From: Actinomycetota bacterium
GTDB lineage: Bacteria > Actinomycetota > Thermoleophilia > Miltoncostaeales > Miltoncostaeaceae
Assembly (NCBI GenBank): GCA_044507145.1
Contig: JBIQJW010000002.1
Coordinates: 1 to 40,217 of the forward strand
Length of the DNA: 40,217 bases
Reading direction: 5' to 3'
Positions 9,961 to 20,538 of this stretch are shown here, in pieces. The notes under the pieces were generated by a model. It searched no databases, had not been told where the DNA came from, and worked only from the letters and a program-made list of their open reading frames with translations. Each line of letters starts with the position of its first letter. Positions within the stretch are counted from its first letter, which is position 1. Made by a program: the position numbers and the translations under genes.

Positions 9961-10809
9961 ATGGGAATCAAGAAGTACAAGCCCACGTCGCCGGGTCGCC
10001 GGTTCGTCACCGGGTCGGACTTCGAGGAGATCACCTCGACCACGCCCGAGAAGTCACTTCTCGGCAAGGTCTCGAAGACCGGTGGCCGCAACAACAACGG
10101 TCGCATCACCAGCCGCCACATCGGCGGCGGGCACAAGCGCCGTTACCGCATCATCGACTTCAAGCGCCAGAAGGACGGCGTGCCGGCGAAGGTCGCCACC
10201 ATCGAGTACGACCCCAACCGGACGTCGCGCATCGCGCTGTTGCACTACGCCGACGGCGAGAAGCGCTACATCCTGGCGCCGCTCAAGCTGCGCGTGGGCG
10301 ACACGGTGATGAGCGGTCCCACGGCGGACATCAAGCCCGGGAACGCCCTGCCGCTGCGGGACATCCCCACGGGTACGATCGTGCACAACATCGAGCTGCA
10401 GGCGGGCCGCGGCGGTCAGATCGTCCGCTCCGCGGGTACCGGCGCGCAGCTCATGGCGAAGGAGGGCGACTACGCCACCCTGCGCCTGCCGTCGTCCGAG
10501 ATGCGCATGGTCCACCTGGACTGCCGCGCCACGATCGGTCAGATCGGCAATGTCGGGCACGAGAACATCACCATCGGGAAGGCCGGCCGGAGCCGGTGGA
10601 AGGGCGTGCGTCCGCGCGTCCGTGGTTCGGCCATGAACCCGGTCGACCACCCGCATGGTGGTGGTGAGGGCAAGAGCAACTCCGGTCGCCACCCGGTGAC
10701 CCCCTGGGGCGTGCCCACCAACGGGTACCGCACCCGGAACAAGACGAAGCAGAGCTCGAAGTACATCGTTCGCGGTCGTAAGCGCGGCAAGCACACGGAA
10801 GGCCGGTAG
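9961..10809 (+). CDS. rplB: 50S ribosomal protein L2
   Basis: [15 protein letters not shown]...GGGHKRRYR...HPHGGGEG; 282 aa. Confidence 0.97.
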   Translation: MGIKKYKPTSPGRRFVTGSDFEEITSTTPEKSLLGKVSKTGGRNNNGRITSRHIGGGHKRRYRIIDFKRQKDGVPAKVATIEYDPNRTSRIALLHYADGEKRYILAPLKLRVGDTVMSGPTADIKPGNALPLRDIPTGTIVHNIELQAGRGGQIVRSAGTGAQLMAKEGDYATLRLPSSEMRMVHLDCRATIGQIGNVGHENITIGKAGRSRWKGVRPRVRGSAMNPVDHPHGGGEGKSNSGRHPVTPWGVPTNGYRTRNKTKQSSKYIVRGRKRGKHTEGR

Positions 10810-10815
10810 CAGCAC

Positions 10816-11100
10816 ATGGGTCGCAGCCTGAAGAAGGGCCCGTTCGTGGATCCGAAGCTCATGAAGCGGATCGAGGACATGAACACGGCCAACGAGAAGC
10901 GCATCGTCCGCACGTGGTCGCGGACGTCGACCATCTTCCCGGAGATGGTCGGCCACACGATCGCGGTGCACGACGGCCGCAAGCACGTGCCGATCTTCGT
11001 GAGCGAGAGCATGGTCGGCCACAAGCTGGGCGAGTTCGCGCCCACGCGCACCTACCGGGGGCACGCGGGTTCTGACCGCACCTCCACCATGAGGCGATAG
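10816..11100 (+). CDS. rpsS: 30S ribosomal protein S19
   Basis: [12 protein letters not shown]...[16 protein letters not shown]. Confidence 0.97.
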   Translation: MGRSLKKGPFVDPKLMKRIEDMNTANEKRIVRTWSRTSTIFPEMVGHTIAVHDGRKHVPIFVSESMVGHKLGEFAPTRTYRGHAGSDRTSTMRR

Positions 11101-11102
11101 CC

Positions 11103-11462
11103 ATGGCGCAGACGACCACCACGCCGGGCGCCGTGGCGCAGGCCAAGTTCGTCCGCACGTCGGCGCGCAAGGCCCGCCTGGTCGCCGACCTGATCCGCGG
11201 CGAGTCGATCGCGGACGCGCAGGCGATCCTGGCGTACAGCACCCGCGCCGCCGCCGTGCCGGTGCGCAAGGTGCTGCAGTCCGCGATCGCGAACGCCGAC
11301 CACAACCACGGTCTCGATGTGCGCGACCTCGTGGTGGCCCGGATCACCGTGGATGAGGGCCCCACGATCAAGCGCTTCCGGCCCCGGGCGCAGGGTCGCG
11401 CCACGCCGATCATGAAGCGGACGTGCCACATCACCATCGCAGTCGCCGAGACGGAGCGTTAG
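11103..11462 (+). CDS. rplV: 50S ribosomal protein L22
   Basis: [20 protein letters not shown]...[18 protein letters not shown]. Confidence 0.96.
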   Translation: MAQTTTTPGAVAQAKFVRTSARKARLVADLIRGESIADAQAILAYSTRAAAVPVRKVLQSAIANADHNHGLDVRDLVVARITVDEGPTIKRFRPRAQGRATPIMKRTCHITIAVAETER

Positions 11463-11469
11463 GGCACTT

Positions 11470-12231
11470 ATGGGTCAGAAGATCAACCCCACCGGATTCC
11501 GTCTGGGCGTCCTCAACGGCTGGCGCAGCAACTGGTTCTCCCAGCGCGACTTCGCCAGCTACCTGGACGAGGACCGCGCGGTGCGGGACCACATCATCGG
11601 CAAGCTCAGCCACGCCGGCCTCTCGTCGATCCACCTGAAGAAGGACCAGAACAAGCTCACCGTCGACATCTTCACGGCACGTCCGGGGATCGTCATCGGC
11701 AAGAGCGGGTCCGAGGTGGACGCCCTGCGCCGCGAGCTCAACCGGCTCACCGGCAAGCAGATCCAGGTGAACATCAACGAGATCAAGCGGCCCGAGCTGG
11801 ACGCGAAGCTGGTCGCCCAGTCGATCGCCGAGCAGCTCGAAAACCGCGTGAGCTTCCGCCGGGCGATGAAGCGTGCCCTCACCTCCGCCATGCGCTCCGG
11901 CGCCCAGGGCGTGAAGGTGCAGTGCGGCGGCCGCCTGGGTGGCACCGAGATGTCGCGCTCCGAGCACTACTCGGACGGGCGCGTGCCGCTGCACACGCTT
12001 CGCGCCGACATCGACTATGGCTTCCACGAGGCCAAGACCACCTTCGGGCGCATCGGCGTGAAGGTGTGGATCAACAAGGGTGAGGTGCTGCCGGAGGGCG
12101 TGCAGGACAGCCGCGGCCGCACCGACATGGAGGCAGCTCCGCCGCCGCGTCGTCCGCGACGCGACCGTCGGGGCCGGGGCGGGGACCGCGGTGGCAACCG
12201 CGGTGGCGACCGTCAGGGGGGTGGTAACTGA
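11470..12231 (+). CDS. rpsC: 30S ribosomal protein S3 with an RGG-rich C-terminal tail
   Basis: [13 protein letters not shown]..., with a KH domain motif GIVIGKSG. The tail is [27 protein letters not shown]. Confidence 0.96.
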   Translation: MGQKINPTGFRLGVLNGWRSNWFSQRDFASYLDEDRAVRDHIIGKLSHAGLSSIHLKKDQNKLTVDIFTARPGIVIGKSGSEVDALRRELNRLTGKQIQVNINEIKRPELDAKLVAQSIAEQLENRVSFRRAMKRALTSAMRSGAQGVKVQCGGRLGGTEMSRSEHYSDGRVPLHTLRADIDYGFHEAKTTFGRIGVKVWINKGEVLPEGVQDSRGRTDMEAAPPPRRPRRDRRGRGGDRGGNRGGDRQGGGN

Positions 12232-12650
12232 TGCTGATGCCCAAGCGCACCAAGCACCGCAAGCACCACCGCGGTCGTCGCCGGGGGCTCACCAAGGGTC
12301 ACGACCAGATCGCCTTCGGCGAGTACGGTCTGAAGGCCCTGGAGCCGGCGGCCATCACGAACCGGCAGATCGAGGCGGCCCGTATCGCCATGACCCGCCG
12401 CATCAAGCGTGGTGGCAAGGTGTGGATCACCATCTTCCCGCACCTGCCCGTCACCAAGAAGCCGGCCGAGACCCGCATGGGTTCCGGTAAGGGTTCGCCC
12501 GAGGGCTGGGTGGCGACGGTGAAGCCGGGTCGGATCATGTTCGAGCTCGCCGGTGTGCCGGAGCCGCTCGCGCGCGACGCCATGCGTCTCGCCGCGACCA
12601 AGCTCCCCATCCGCTGCAAGTTCGTCACGCGCGAGGACGTGGGGGCGTAG
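12231..12650 (+). CDS. rplP: 50S ribosomal protein L16
   Basis: [16 protein letters not shown]...; TGATG-type overlap with rpsC. Confidence 0.97.
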   Translation: MLMPKRTKHRKHHRGRRRGLTKGHDQIAFGEYGLKALEPAAITNRQIEAARIAMTRRIKRGGKVWITIFPHLPVTKKPAETRMGSGKGSPEGWVATVKPGRIMFELAGVPEPLARDAMRLAATKLPIRCKFVTREDVGA

Positions 12651-12841
12651 TGAAGTCCAAGGAGATCAGGGACCTGTCCGACGACGAGCTGGAGCGTCAG
12701 CTCGCCGAGACGCGAGAGGCCTACTTCAACCTGCGGTTCCAGAACGCCTCCGGGGCCCTGGAGCGCACGTCGGAGCTGAAGGTCCGCCGGCGCGAGATCG
12801 CGCGCCTGCTGACGATTGCGCACGAGCGGGAGCTGTCATGA
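12650..12841 (+). CDS. rpmC: 50S ribosomal protein L29
   Basis: GTG start giving [30 protein letters not shown]; 63 aa. Confidence 0.93.
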   Translation: MKSKEIRDLSDDELERQLAETREAYFNLRFQNASGALERTSELKVRRREIARLLTIAHERELS

Positions 12842-13116
12842 CCACGGCCGCCACACCCCAGGATTCGATCGCACGCCGCAAGGTCCGCCAGGGCCTCGTG
12901 GTGTCGTCCTCCCGGGACAAGACCATCACGGTGCTGCTGGAGACCCAGCAGCGTCACCCCGTGTACAAGAAGACCGTGCGCCGCTCGTCGAAGCTGCACG
13001 CGCATGACGAGAACAACACCGCCGGCGTGGGCGACCTCGTCCGGGTGGTGGAGTGCCGTCCGCTGTCGCGGCAGAAGCGCTGGCGTCTGGTCGAGATCGT
13101 CGAGAAGGCAAGGTAG
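12838..13116 (+). CDS. rpsQ: 30S ribosomal protein S17
   Basis: An ATG at 12838 (ATGA overlap with rpmC) gives ...[22 protein letters not shown]...; 92 aa. Confidence 0.93.
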   Translation: MTTAATPQDSIARRKVRQGLVVSSSRDKTITVLLETQQRHPVYKKTVRRSSKLHAHDENNTAGVGDLVRVVECRPLSRQKRWRLVEIVEKAR

Positions 13117-13125
13117 GGCGCCCTC

Positions 13126-13494
13126 GTGATTCAGGTTGAGACACGTCTGCGTGTCGCAGACAACACCGGTGCACGGGAGATCCTGTGCATCCGCATCATG
13201 GGCGGCTCCCGCCGGCGGACCGCGACGGTGGGCGACGTGATCGTCGGCACCGTCAAGACGGCCGTGCCGAACGGGTCGATCAAGAAGGGCGACGTCGTCC
13301 GCGCCGTCATCGTGCGCACCCGTAAGGAGCACGGTCGCGAGGACGGGACGTTCATCTCCTTCGACGAGAACGCCGCCGTGATCATCGACACCGCCCACAA
13401 CCCGCGGGGCACGCGCATCTTCGGCCCCGTGGCCCGTGAGCTGCGCGAGAAGAACTTCATGAAGATCATCTCGCTTGCCCCGGAGGTGCTGTGA
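13126..13494 (+). CDS. rplN: 50S ribosomal protein L14
   Basis: A GTG start gives [27 protein letters not shown]; 122 aa. Confidence 0.97.
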   Translation: MIQVETRLRVADNTGAREILCIRIMGGSRRRTATVGDVIVGTVKTAVPNGSIKKGDVVRAVIVRTRKEHGREDGTFISFDENAAVIIDTAHNPRGTRIFGPVARELREKNFMKIISLAPEVL

Positions 13495-13808
13495 TGCCGG
13501 CCCGTATCCGTAAGGGCGACCGCGTCGTGCTCCTGGCCGGCAAGGACAAGGGCAAGGCAGGCGTGGTGCTGGAGGTCCGGCCGGACGAGCAGCGCGTCGT
13601 CGTGGAGGGCGTCAACATCATCAAGCGGCACACGAAGCCGCGCCCGCCCAACGAGCCGGGCGGTGTCATCGAGCGCCCGGCGCCCGTGCACCTCTCGAAC
13701 GTGTCGTTGATCGACCCGAAGGACAACCTGCCCACGCGGGTTCGCATCCAGGAGATCGACGGCCGGAAGGTGCGGGTGTCGGCCCGGAGCGGGGAGAAGC
13801 TGGACTGA
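13494..13808 (+). CDS. rplX: 50S ribosomal protein L24
   Basis: [24 protein letters not shown] prefer the ATG at 13494 because it lies 6 nt after GGAGG. The GTG at 13491 is an alternative. Confidence 0.92.
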   Translation: MPARIRKGDRVVLLAGKDKGKAGVVLEVRPDEQRVVVEGVNIIKRHTKPRPPNEPGGVIERPAPVHLSNVSLIDPKDNLPTRVRIQEIDGRKVRVSARSGEKLD

Positions 13809-14464
13809 TGGCCGAGAAGACCACGTACACGCCGCCGCCGCCCGCGCGCCTGAAGCAGCGCTACCAGGACGAGATCCGGGCCAAGCTCCAGGAGGAGTTC
13901 GGCTACAGCTCGACCATGCAGCACCCGAAGCTGCTCAAGATCACGCTCAGCATGGGTGTGGGCGAGGCGAAGACCAACAGCAAGGCCCTCGACCAGGCGA
14001 TGGAGCAGCTCGCGACCATCAGCGGCCAGAAGCCGTGCATGACGCGGGCGCGCAAGTCGATCGCCCAGTTCAAGCTCCGCGAGGGTATGCCGATCGGCGC
14101 GAAGGTCACGCTGCGCGGCAACCAGATGTGGGAGTTCCTGGACCGGCTCACGTCGGTCGCCCTCCCGCGGATCCGCGACTTCCGCGGCATCAACCCCGAC
14201 GGCTTCGACGGGCGGGGGAACTACAACCTCGGCCTGCGCGAACACACCATCTTCCCGGAGATCGACTACGACCGGGTGGAGAACGTGGTGGGTCTGAACG
14301 TGACCATCACGACCTCGGCGGAGACCGACGCGGAGGGGCGCGCCCTGCTGCGTCACCTCGGTCTGCCGTTCCGCGCCGAGGGCTACTCGGCCGAAGAGCG
14401 GGCCGCCCGCCGCCGGCGTAAGCAGAAGAAGTTCGGTGGCGGCAAGGGCCGCGGCCGCAGGTAG
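13808..14464 (+). CDS. rplE: 50S ribosomal protein L5 with a basic C-terminal tail
   Basis: [20 protein letters not shown]... The tail after LGLPFR is [29 protein letters not shown]. Confidence 0.96.
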   Translation: MAEKTTYTPPPPARLKQRYQDEIRAKLQEEFGYSSTMQHPKLLKITLSMGVGEAKTNSKALDQAMEQLATISGQKPCMTRARKSIAQFKLREGMPIGAKVTLRGNQMWEFLDRLTSVALPRIRDFRGINPDGFDGRGNYNLGLREHTIFPEIDYDRVENVVGLNVTITTSAETDAEGRALLRHLGLPFRAEGYSAEERAARRRRKQKKFGGGKGRGRR

Positions 14465-14473
14465 AGGAGGAAC

Positions 14474-14658
14474 GTGGCGAAGACCAGCCTGCGCGTGAAG
14501 GCGTCCCGGACGCCGAAGTACCGCACCCAGCAGTACACCCGCTGCCACAGCTGCGGCCGGCCGCGCGCGGTGTTCCGCAAGTTCGGCCTCTGCCGGATCT
14601 GCCTGCGGGAGTCCGCCCACGCCGGCGTCATCCCCGGCATGACGAAGAGTTCCTGGTA

Positions 14659-14659
<1 letters not shown>
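14474..14659 (+). CDS. rpsZ: 30S ribosomal protein S14, type Z (zinc-binding, 61 aa)
   Basis: GTG start after GAGGAGG, with CHSCGRP...CRIC (CxxC...CxxC) and a C-terminal KSSW. Confidence 0.95.
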
Positions 14660-15054
<395 letters not shown>

Positions 15055-15061
15055 GGGAACG

Positions 15062-15595
15062 ATGAGCCGAATCGGACGCGCACCCATCACACTCCCGGAC
15101 GGCGTCAGCGTCGAGCTGTCCGGCCAGAAGGTCACCGTCAAGGGCCCCAAGGGCGAGCTCAGCCACACCGTGGTCGAGCCGATCCGGGTCGCCCAGGAGG
15201 ACGGTCAGATCGTCGTGACCCGGCCCACCGACCGTGGTCCGCACCGTGCCCTGCACGGACTGTCCCGCAGCCTCATCGCCAACATGGTCGAGGGCGTCAG
15301 CACCGGTTTCGAGCGGTCGCTCGAGATCGTCGGCGTCGGGTACCGTGCCCAGCTCAAGGGCACGGCCCTGGAGATCGCCGCGGGCTTCTCGCACCCTGTT
15401 AGCATCGCCCCTCCCGACGGCATCACCTTCGAGGTGCCGGCGCCCACGCAGGTGGTGGTGCGAGGGATCGACAAGCAGGCTGTTGGCCAGATCGCCGCGC
15501 AGATCCGCGGTGTGCGGCCGCCCGAGCCCTACAAGGGCAAGGGGATCAGGTACGCCGGCGAGCATGTTCGCCGCAAGGTCGGGAAGCGAGCGTAA
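15062..15595 (+). CDS. rplF: 50S ribosomal protein L6
   Basis: An ATG at 15062 gives [33 protein letters not shown]; 177 aa. Confidence 0.95.
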   Translation: MSRIGRAPITLPDGVSVELSGQKVTVKGPKGELSHTVVEPIRVAQEDGQIVVTRPTDRGPHRALHGLSRSLIANMVEGVSTGFERSLEIVGVGYRAQLKGTALEIAAGFSHPVSIAPPDGITFEVPAPTQVVVRGIDKQAVGQIAAQIRGVRPPEPYKGKGIRYAGEHVRRKVGKRA

Positions 15596-15599
15596 GGGC

Positions 15600-15950
15600 A
15601 TGGGTCTCAGCACAGTTGAGTCACGTCAGCGGCGTCACCGTCGTATCCGCGGCAAGGTCGTGGGTAGCGGCGAGCGTCCGCGCTTGAGCGTGTCCCGCTC
15701 CAACAAGCGCATCTACGCCCAGATCATCGACGACGTCCGGGGGCACACCCTGGCGGCGGCGGGATCACACGAGGCCGCTCTGCGCGGTTTGGTGAAGGGT
15801 GAGGCGGCGGCCGAGGTGGGCAAGCTCGTAGCCGAGCGCGCCAAGGCTGCTGGTGTGGACCGCGTGGTCTTCGACCGCGGCGGGTACAAGTACCACGGGC
15901 GTGTGAAGGCGCTCGCGGACGGCGCCCGCGAGGGCGGGCTCGAGTTCTAG
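15600..15950 (+). CDS. rplR: 50S ribosomal protein L18
   Basis: An ATG at 15600 gives ...[34 protein letters not shown]; 116 aa. Confidence 0.95.
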   Translation: MGLSTVESRQRRHRRIRGKVVGSGERPRLSVSRSNKRIYAQIIDDVRGHTLAAAGSHEAALRGLVKGEAAAEVGKLVAERAKAAGVDRVVFDRGGYKYHGRVKALADGAREGGLEF

Positions 15951-15967
15951 AGGCCGGGGGTAGGCGA

Positions 15968-16549
15968 GTGGCAGAGGTCCGCCGAGGCGGCAAGATCAAC
16001 CCGGATGGGCTCGAGCTCAGCGAGCGCGTGGTCCAGGTCAACCGTGTGGCGAAGGTCGTGAAGGGTGGCCGTCGCTTCTCGTTCTCGGCTCTTGTGGTCG
16101 TGGGGAACGAGGTCGACACGGTCGGCGTCGGGCATGGCAAGGCCAAAGAAGTTCCGGTGGCGATTCAGAAGGCCGTCGAGGACGCGAAGAAGAACCTGTT
16201 CACGGTGCCGATGTACCGCTCCACGATCACCCATGAGGTGCTCGGGCGGGCCGGCGCCGGCAAGGTGCTGCTGAAGCCGGCCAGCGAGGGTACCGGCGTG
16301 ATCGCCGGCGGTGCGGTGCGCGCCGTCCTCGAGCTGGCGGGCATCCGCGACATCCTCAGCAAGTCGCTGGGGACCAGCAACCCGGTGAACCTCATCGCCG
16401 CCACCGTGGCGGGCCTCAAGTCGCTGCGGCGGCCCGAGGAGGTCGCCGCGCTGCGCGACAAGAGCGTCGGCGAGGTGCTGGGCGTGTCCAAGGGCTCCGG
16501 CGCCGCCGCCACCGAGGCGGTCGGGGCGGGTGCGGGGGCGGCCGAATGA
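15968..16549 (+). CDS. rpsE: 30S ribosomal protein S5
   Basis: [29 protein letters not shown]..., with a short Gly/Ala-rich C-terminal extension. Confidence 0.95.
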   Translation: MAEVRRGGKINPDGLELSERVVQVNRVAKVVKGGRRFSFSALVVVGNEVDTVGVGHGKAKEVPVAIQKAVEDAKKNLFTVPMYRSTITHEVLGRAGAGKVLLKPASEGTGVIAGGAVRAVLELAGIRDILSKSLGTSNPVNLIAATVAGLKSLRRPEEVAALRDKSVGEVLGVSKGSGAAATEAVGAGAGAAE

Positions 16550-16734
16550 GCCGTCTGCGCATCACCCAGGTGCGGTCCGAGATCGGCACGCAGCAGCGCC
16601 ACCGCGGCGCGCTGCGCTCGCTCGGTCTGCGCCGCATCGGCCAGTCCGTGGAGCACGACGATTCGCCGCAGCTCCAGGGCCAGCTCCGGCTGGTGTCCCG
16701 TCTGATCCGCGTTGAGCAGGTGTCGAATGGCTGA
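16546..16734 (+). CDS. rpmD: 50S ribosomal protein L30
   Basis: [35 protein letters not shown]; ATGA overlap with rpsE. Confidence 0.94.
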   Translation: MSRLRITQVRSEIGTQQRHRGALRSLGLRRIGQSVEHDDSPQLQGQLRLVSRLIRVEQVSNG

Positions 16735-17269
16735 GGTGCGACAGAGCGAAGTCGAGGAGACCGCGGCCGAGGAGATCGTCCTCGACCGTCTCGCTCCCCG
16801 TCCGGGTGCGAAGCGCCCGCGCAAGCGCGTGGGTCGCGGCATCGGCTCCGGCACCGGCAAGACGTCGGGCCGTGGCCAGAAGGGTCTCGGCTCCCGGTCG
16901 GGTGGCGGCGTCCGTCCCGGCTACCAGGGTGGCCAGGTCCCGATCTACATGCAGCAGGGCAAGCTGCGTGGCTCCAACCGCAAGATGTCCATGCCGATGG
17001 GCCCGTTCCGGACCCACTCGGTGCCGGTGAACGTCGGCAGCCTGTCGGTGTTCGAGGCCGGTGCCACGGTGGACATCGCCGCGCTCGAGGCCGCCGGTCT
17101 CGTGAAGAACAACGCGAACCGCGGCTGGGCCGTCAAGCTGCTCGGTAACGGCGAGATCGACCGGGCGCTCACCGTCCGCATCGACGCGGTGTCGGCCTCG
17201 GCGCGCACCAAGATCGAGGCCGCCGGCGGCAAGGTGGAACTGATCGGCGAGGCGGGCGCGGAGGCCTGA
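16727..17269 (+). CDS. rplO: 50S ribosomal protein L15 with an acidic N-terminal extension
   Basis: An ATG at 16727 (the ORF track starts at the TTG at 16712) gives ...LAPRPGAKRPRKRVGRGIGSGTGKTSGRGQKG. Confidence 0.92.
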   Translation: MAEVRQSEVEETAAEEIVLDRLAPRPGAKRPRKRVGRGIGSGTGKTSGRGQKGLGSRSGGGVRPGYQGGQVPIYMQQGKLRGSNRKMSMPMGPFRTHSVPVNVGSLSVFEAGATVDIAALEAAGLVKNNANRGWAVKLLGNGEIDRALTVRIDAVSASARTKIEAAGGKVELIGEAGAEA

Positions 17270-17301
17270 TGGCCTTCCGCCCGGCCCTCCACCACTAGGG
17301 G

Positions 17302-18564
17302 ATGCTGCAGACGATCCTCAGCGCGCTCCGGTCCCCGGACCTGCGCAAGAAGCTGCTGTTCACCGCGCTGATCCTTGCGATCTACCGGTTCGGCTCGTTC
17401 GTTCCGGTGCCGGGCGTGGACCTGGATCAGCTCCAGGCCGCGATCGATGAGCGCGGAAGCCGCCTTCTGGACTTCCTGAACCTGTTCGCGGGCGGTGCGC
17501 TGACGCGGTTCGCTGTGTTCGCGCTCGGCATCATGCCGTACATCACCGCGAGCATCATCCTGCAGCTCATGACGGTGGTGATCCCCTCTCTGGAGAAGCT
17601 CCAGAAGGAGGGCGAGGCCGGCCAGCAGAAGATCACGCAGTACACGCGGTACTTCACCGTGGTGCTCGCGCTGATGCAGTCGATCGCGTACGTCCTGTAC
17701 TTCAAGTCGCAGGACGCACTGCCCGGCGTGGACATGGGCCGCACGTTCCTGATCGTGCTCTCGGTCACCACCGGCACCACGATGCTGATGTGGCTGGGTG
17801 AACTGATCACCCAGCGCGGTGTGGGAAACGGCATCTCGCTGCTGATTTTCGCCAGCATCGTCGCCAGTGTGCCCGACGCCATCGACGGGTGGCTCACGCT
17901 CCCGCCGGTCACGCAGGTGATCATCCTGCTCATCACCCTGTCGGTCTTCATCGGGGTGGTGTTCATCAATGAGGGCCAGCGCCGGATCCCTATCCAGTAC
18001 GCCAAGCGCGTGGTGGGCCGGCGCATGACCTCGGGTGGCACCACCTACATGCCGCTGCGCGTGAACATGGCGGGCGTGATCCCGGTGATCTTCGCGTCGT
18101 CGGTGGTGATCCTGCCGCCGACGTTCGCCGAGCTCGCCGGCCGCGGCTCCGTGTTCCAGTCGATCTCCGACTTCCTGGCGCCGGGCTCGTGGTACTACAT
18201 CGCCTTCGAGGGCCTGCTGATCGCCCTGTTCACCTACTTCTACACCGCGGTGCAGTTCAACCCGGTGGACCAGGCGGACAACCTGAAGAAGTACGGTGGG
18301 TTCATCCCGGGCGTGCGGCCGGGCCGGCCCACGGCCGTGTACCTGGACCGGGTGCTCACCCGACTGACCCTGCCCGGTGCGATCTACCTCGCCGCGGTGG
18401 CGGAGCTGCCCAACATCGCCTTCCGCTACATCCCGGACTCGAATGTGGTGTTCGGGGTGCTGGGCGGCACATCCATCCTGATCGTTGTCGGTGTCGCGCT
18501 CGACACCATGCGCCAGATGGAGGCGCAGCTGATGATGCGTTCGTATGAAGGGTTCCTCAAATAG
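17302..18564 (+). CDS. secY: Preprotein translocase subunit SecY
   Basis: 420 aa and polytopic, with the typical motifs LGIMPYITASIILQL and GNGISLLIF. Confidence 0.97.
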   Translation: MLQTILSALRSPDLRKKLLFTALILAIYRFGSFVPVPGVDLDQLQAAIDERGSRLLDFLNLFAGGALTRFAVFALGIMPYITASIILQLMTVVIPSLEKLQKEGEAGQQKITQYTRYFTVVLALMQSIAYVLYFKSQDALPGVDMGRTFLIVLSVTTGTTMLMWLGELITQRGVGNGISLLIFASIVASVPDAIDGWLTLPPVTQVIILLITLSVFIGVVFINEGQRRIPIQYAKRVVGRRMTSGGTTYMPLRVNMAGVIPVIFASSVVILPPTFAELAGRGSVFQSISDFLAPGSWYYIAFEGLLIALFTYFYTAVQFNPVDQADNLKKYGGFIPGVRPGRPTAVYLDRVLTRLTLPGAIYLAAVAELPNIAFRYIPDSNVVFGVLGGTSILIVVGVALDTMRQMEAQLMMRSYEGFLK

Positions 18565-19136
18565 CCAGACTGATCATCCTCGGGCCCCCCGGGGCCGGCA
18601 AAGGCACTCAGGCCGAGCTCCTGCGTGACCGGTACGACCTGATCCACCTCTCCACCGGGGACCTGCTGCGCGCCGCCGTGGCCGAGGGCTCCCAGCTGGG
18701 CGTGGAGGCCAAGCGCTACATGGACGCCGGCGACCTGGTGCCCGACGCCGTGGTGATCGGGATGATCCGCGAGCGGTTGGTGGGCGAGGACGGGTCACTC
18801 GCGCAGGACCGGTTCCTGCTCGACGGCTTCCCCCGCTCGGTGCCGCAGGCGGACGCCCTGGCCGAGATGCTGGACGCCCTGGGCGCCCCGCTGGACGCCG
18901 TGATCTCCCTGGCGGTGCCCCGCGACGAGCTGATCCAGCGCCTTCTGGGTCGTGGCCGCGGCGACGACACGCTGGAGACGATCGAGAACCGGCTGCGCGT
19001 CTACGAGGACCAGACCGCTCCGCTCATCGCCTACTACGGCGAGCGCGGTCTGCTGCGCGAGATCGACGGCCTCGGCACGGTGGACGGTGTGCATGACGCG
19101 ATCGTCGCGCACCTCCCGGCGTCGCAGAGCAGCTAG
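18561..19136 (+). CDS. adk: Adenylate kinase (short-LID type); non-canonical start inferred
   Basis: The frame reads (I)ARLIILGPPGAGKGTQAELL...DGFPR...RGRGDD. The P-loop lies upstream of the first ATG/GTG/TTG (18678), and an in-frame stop sits at 18546. Candidate starts are ATA 18561 (8 nt after GAAGGG), CTG 18570 and ATC 18573. Confidence 0.85.
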   Translation: MARLIILGPPGAGKGTQAELLRDRYDLIHLSTGDLLRAAVAEGSQLGVEAKRYMDAGDLVPDAVVIGMIRERLVGEDGSLAQDRFLLDGFPRSVPQADALAEMLDALGAPLDAVISLAVPRDELIQRLLGRGRGDDTLETIENRLRVYEDQTAPLIAYYGERGLLREIDGLGTVDGVHDAIVAHLPASQSS

Positions 19137-19146
19137 GCGGCAGGAC

Positions 19147-19920
19147 GTGGCCGCGCGGCGCAACCGCGGTCCGGTGGTGAAGACCCCGGACGAGCTCGAT
19201 GCCATGGCGGCATCGGGTGCGGTGCTGGCCGCCTGCCATGATCATGTCGCCACCGCCGTGGTCGCCGGAGCCACCACCGGCGAGCTCGACGCCGTGGCGG
19301 AGGAGTTCATCCGCTCGCACGGCGGCGTGCCCGCGTTCAAGGGGTACAACGGGTTCACCGGCTCCATCTGCGCCTCGGTCAACGACGAGGTGGTGCACGG
19401 CATCCCGGGGTCCCGCGTCCTGCGCGACGGCGACGTGATCGCCGTCGACATCGGCGTGATCCTGGACGGCTGGGTCTCGGACTCGGCCCGTACGTATGGG
19501 GTGGGTCAGATCTCGCCGATCGCGCAGCGGCTCATCGATGTCACGCGCGCATCGCTGGACGCCGGCGTGCAGGCGTGCCGCCTGGGCAGCACCCTGGGCG
19601 ACATCGGCCACGCCGTGCAGACCGAGGTGGAGGGCGCCGGGTTCTCGGTGGTCCGCAGCCTGGTCGGTCACGGGGTGGGCCGGTCGATGCACGAGGAGCC
19701 GCAGGTGCCCAACTACGGCCGGCCCGGTTCGGGGCTTGCGCTGGAGGAGGGCTGGGTGATCGCCATCGAGCCGATGGTGAACGCCGGCGAGCATGATGTG
19801 TTGCTGGGGGATGACGGCTGGACGATCACGTCCCGCGACGGCAGCCTCTCGGCACACTGGGAGCACACCGTGGCGGTCACCGCCGACGGTCCGCGCATCC
19901 TCACGCTGCCCGCAGCATGA
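19147..19920 (+). CDS. map: Type I methionine aminopeptidase
   Basis: A GTG at 19147 gives ...[26 protein letters not shown]...DVIAVDIG...HGVGRSMHE...EPM...HWEHTV; 257 aa. Confidence 0.93.
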   Translation: MAARRNRGPVVKTPDELDAMAASGAVLAACHDHVATAVVAGATTGELDAVAEEFIRSHGGVPAFKGYNGFTGSICASVNDEVVHGIPGSRVLRDGDVIAVDIGVILDGWVSDSARTYGVGQISPIAQRLIDVTRASLDAGVQACRLGSTLGDIGHAVQTEVEGAGFSVVRSLVGHGVGRSMHEEPQVPNYGRPGSGLALEEGWVIAIEPMVNAGEHDVLLGDDGWTITSRDGSLSAHWEHTVAVTADGPRILTLPAA

Positions 19921-20026
19921 GTGTGCGTGCTACCATTCCGGGCCGCTCGCGGGGGCCCCCTGCGTGTGTGCCCGCGCACATTGTCGACCGGCGTTCCGCC
20001 GGGCGACCGGTACCAGGGGAAAACTC

Positions 20027-20140
20027 GTGAAGGTTCGTGCGTCCGTGAAGCCGATCTGTGAGAAGTGCCGCGTGATCAAGCGGCACGGCAAGCTCCTCGT
20101 GATCTGCTCCAACGCCCGGCACAAGCAGACGCAAGGGTAA
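20027..20140 (+). CDS. rpmJ: 50S ribosomal protein L36 (Zn-ribbon form)
   Basis: A GTG at 20027 gives [36 protein letters not shown]; 37 aa. Confidence 0.93.
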   Translation: MKVRASVKPICEKCRVIKRHGKLLVICSNARHKQTQG

Positions 20141-20149
20141 GGGAGCGAC

Positions 20150-20521
20150 ATGGCACGCATCGCCGGCGTCAACGTCCCGCGCGAGAAGCGCGTGGAGATC
20201 GGTCTGACCTACATCTTCGGCATCGGTCGCTCGACGGCCAACAAGGTGCTGAGCGAGACCGGGATCAACCGCGACACGTATGTGCGCGACCTCACCGAGG
20301 AAGAGGTCGGGCGCCTGCGCGACGTCATCGAGAAGACCCTCGTGGTGGAGGGTGACCTCCGCCGCGAGCGCTCGAACGACATGAAGCGCCTGATGGAGAT
20401 CGGCTGCTACCGCGGCCTCCGTCACCGGCGTGGTCTGCCCGTGCGCGGTCAGCGCACGAAGACCAACGCGCGCACCCGAAAGGGCCCGAAGCGCACCGTC
20501 GGCAAGCAGCGCAAGGGCTAA
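20150..20521 (+). CDS. rpsM: 30S ribosomal protein S13
   Basis: [26 protein letters not shown]... Confidence 0.97.
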   Translation: MARIAGVNVPREKRVEIGLTYIFGIGRSTANKVLSETGINRDTYVRDLTEEEVGRLRDVIEKTLVVEGDLRRERSNDMKRLMEIGCYRGLRHRRGLPVRGQRTKTNARTRKGPKRTVGKQRKG

Positions 20522-20538
20522 GAGACCGAGGGAGTTCG

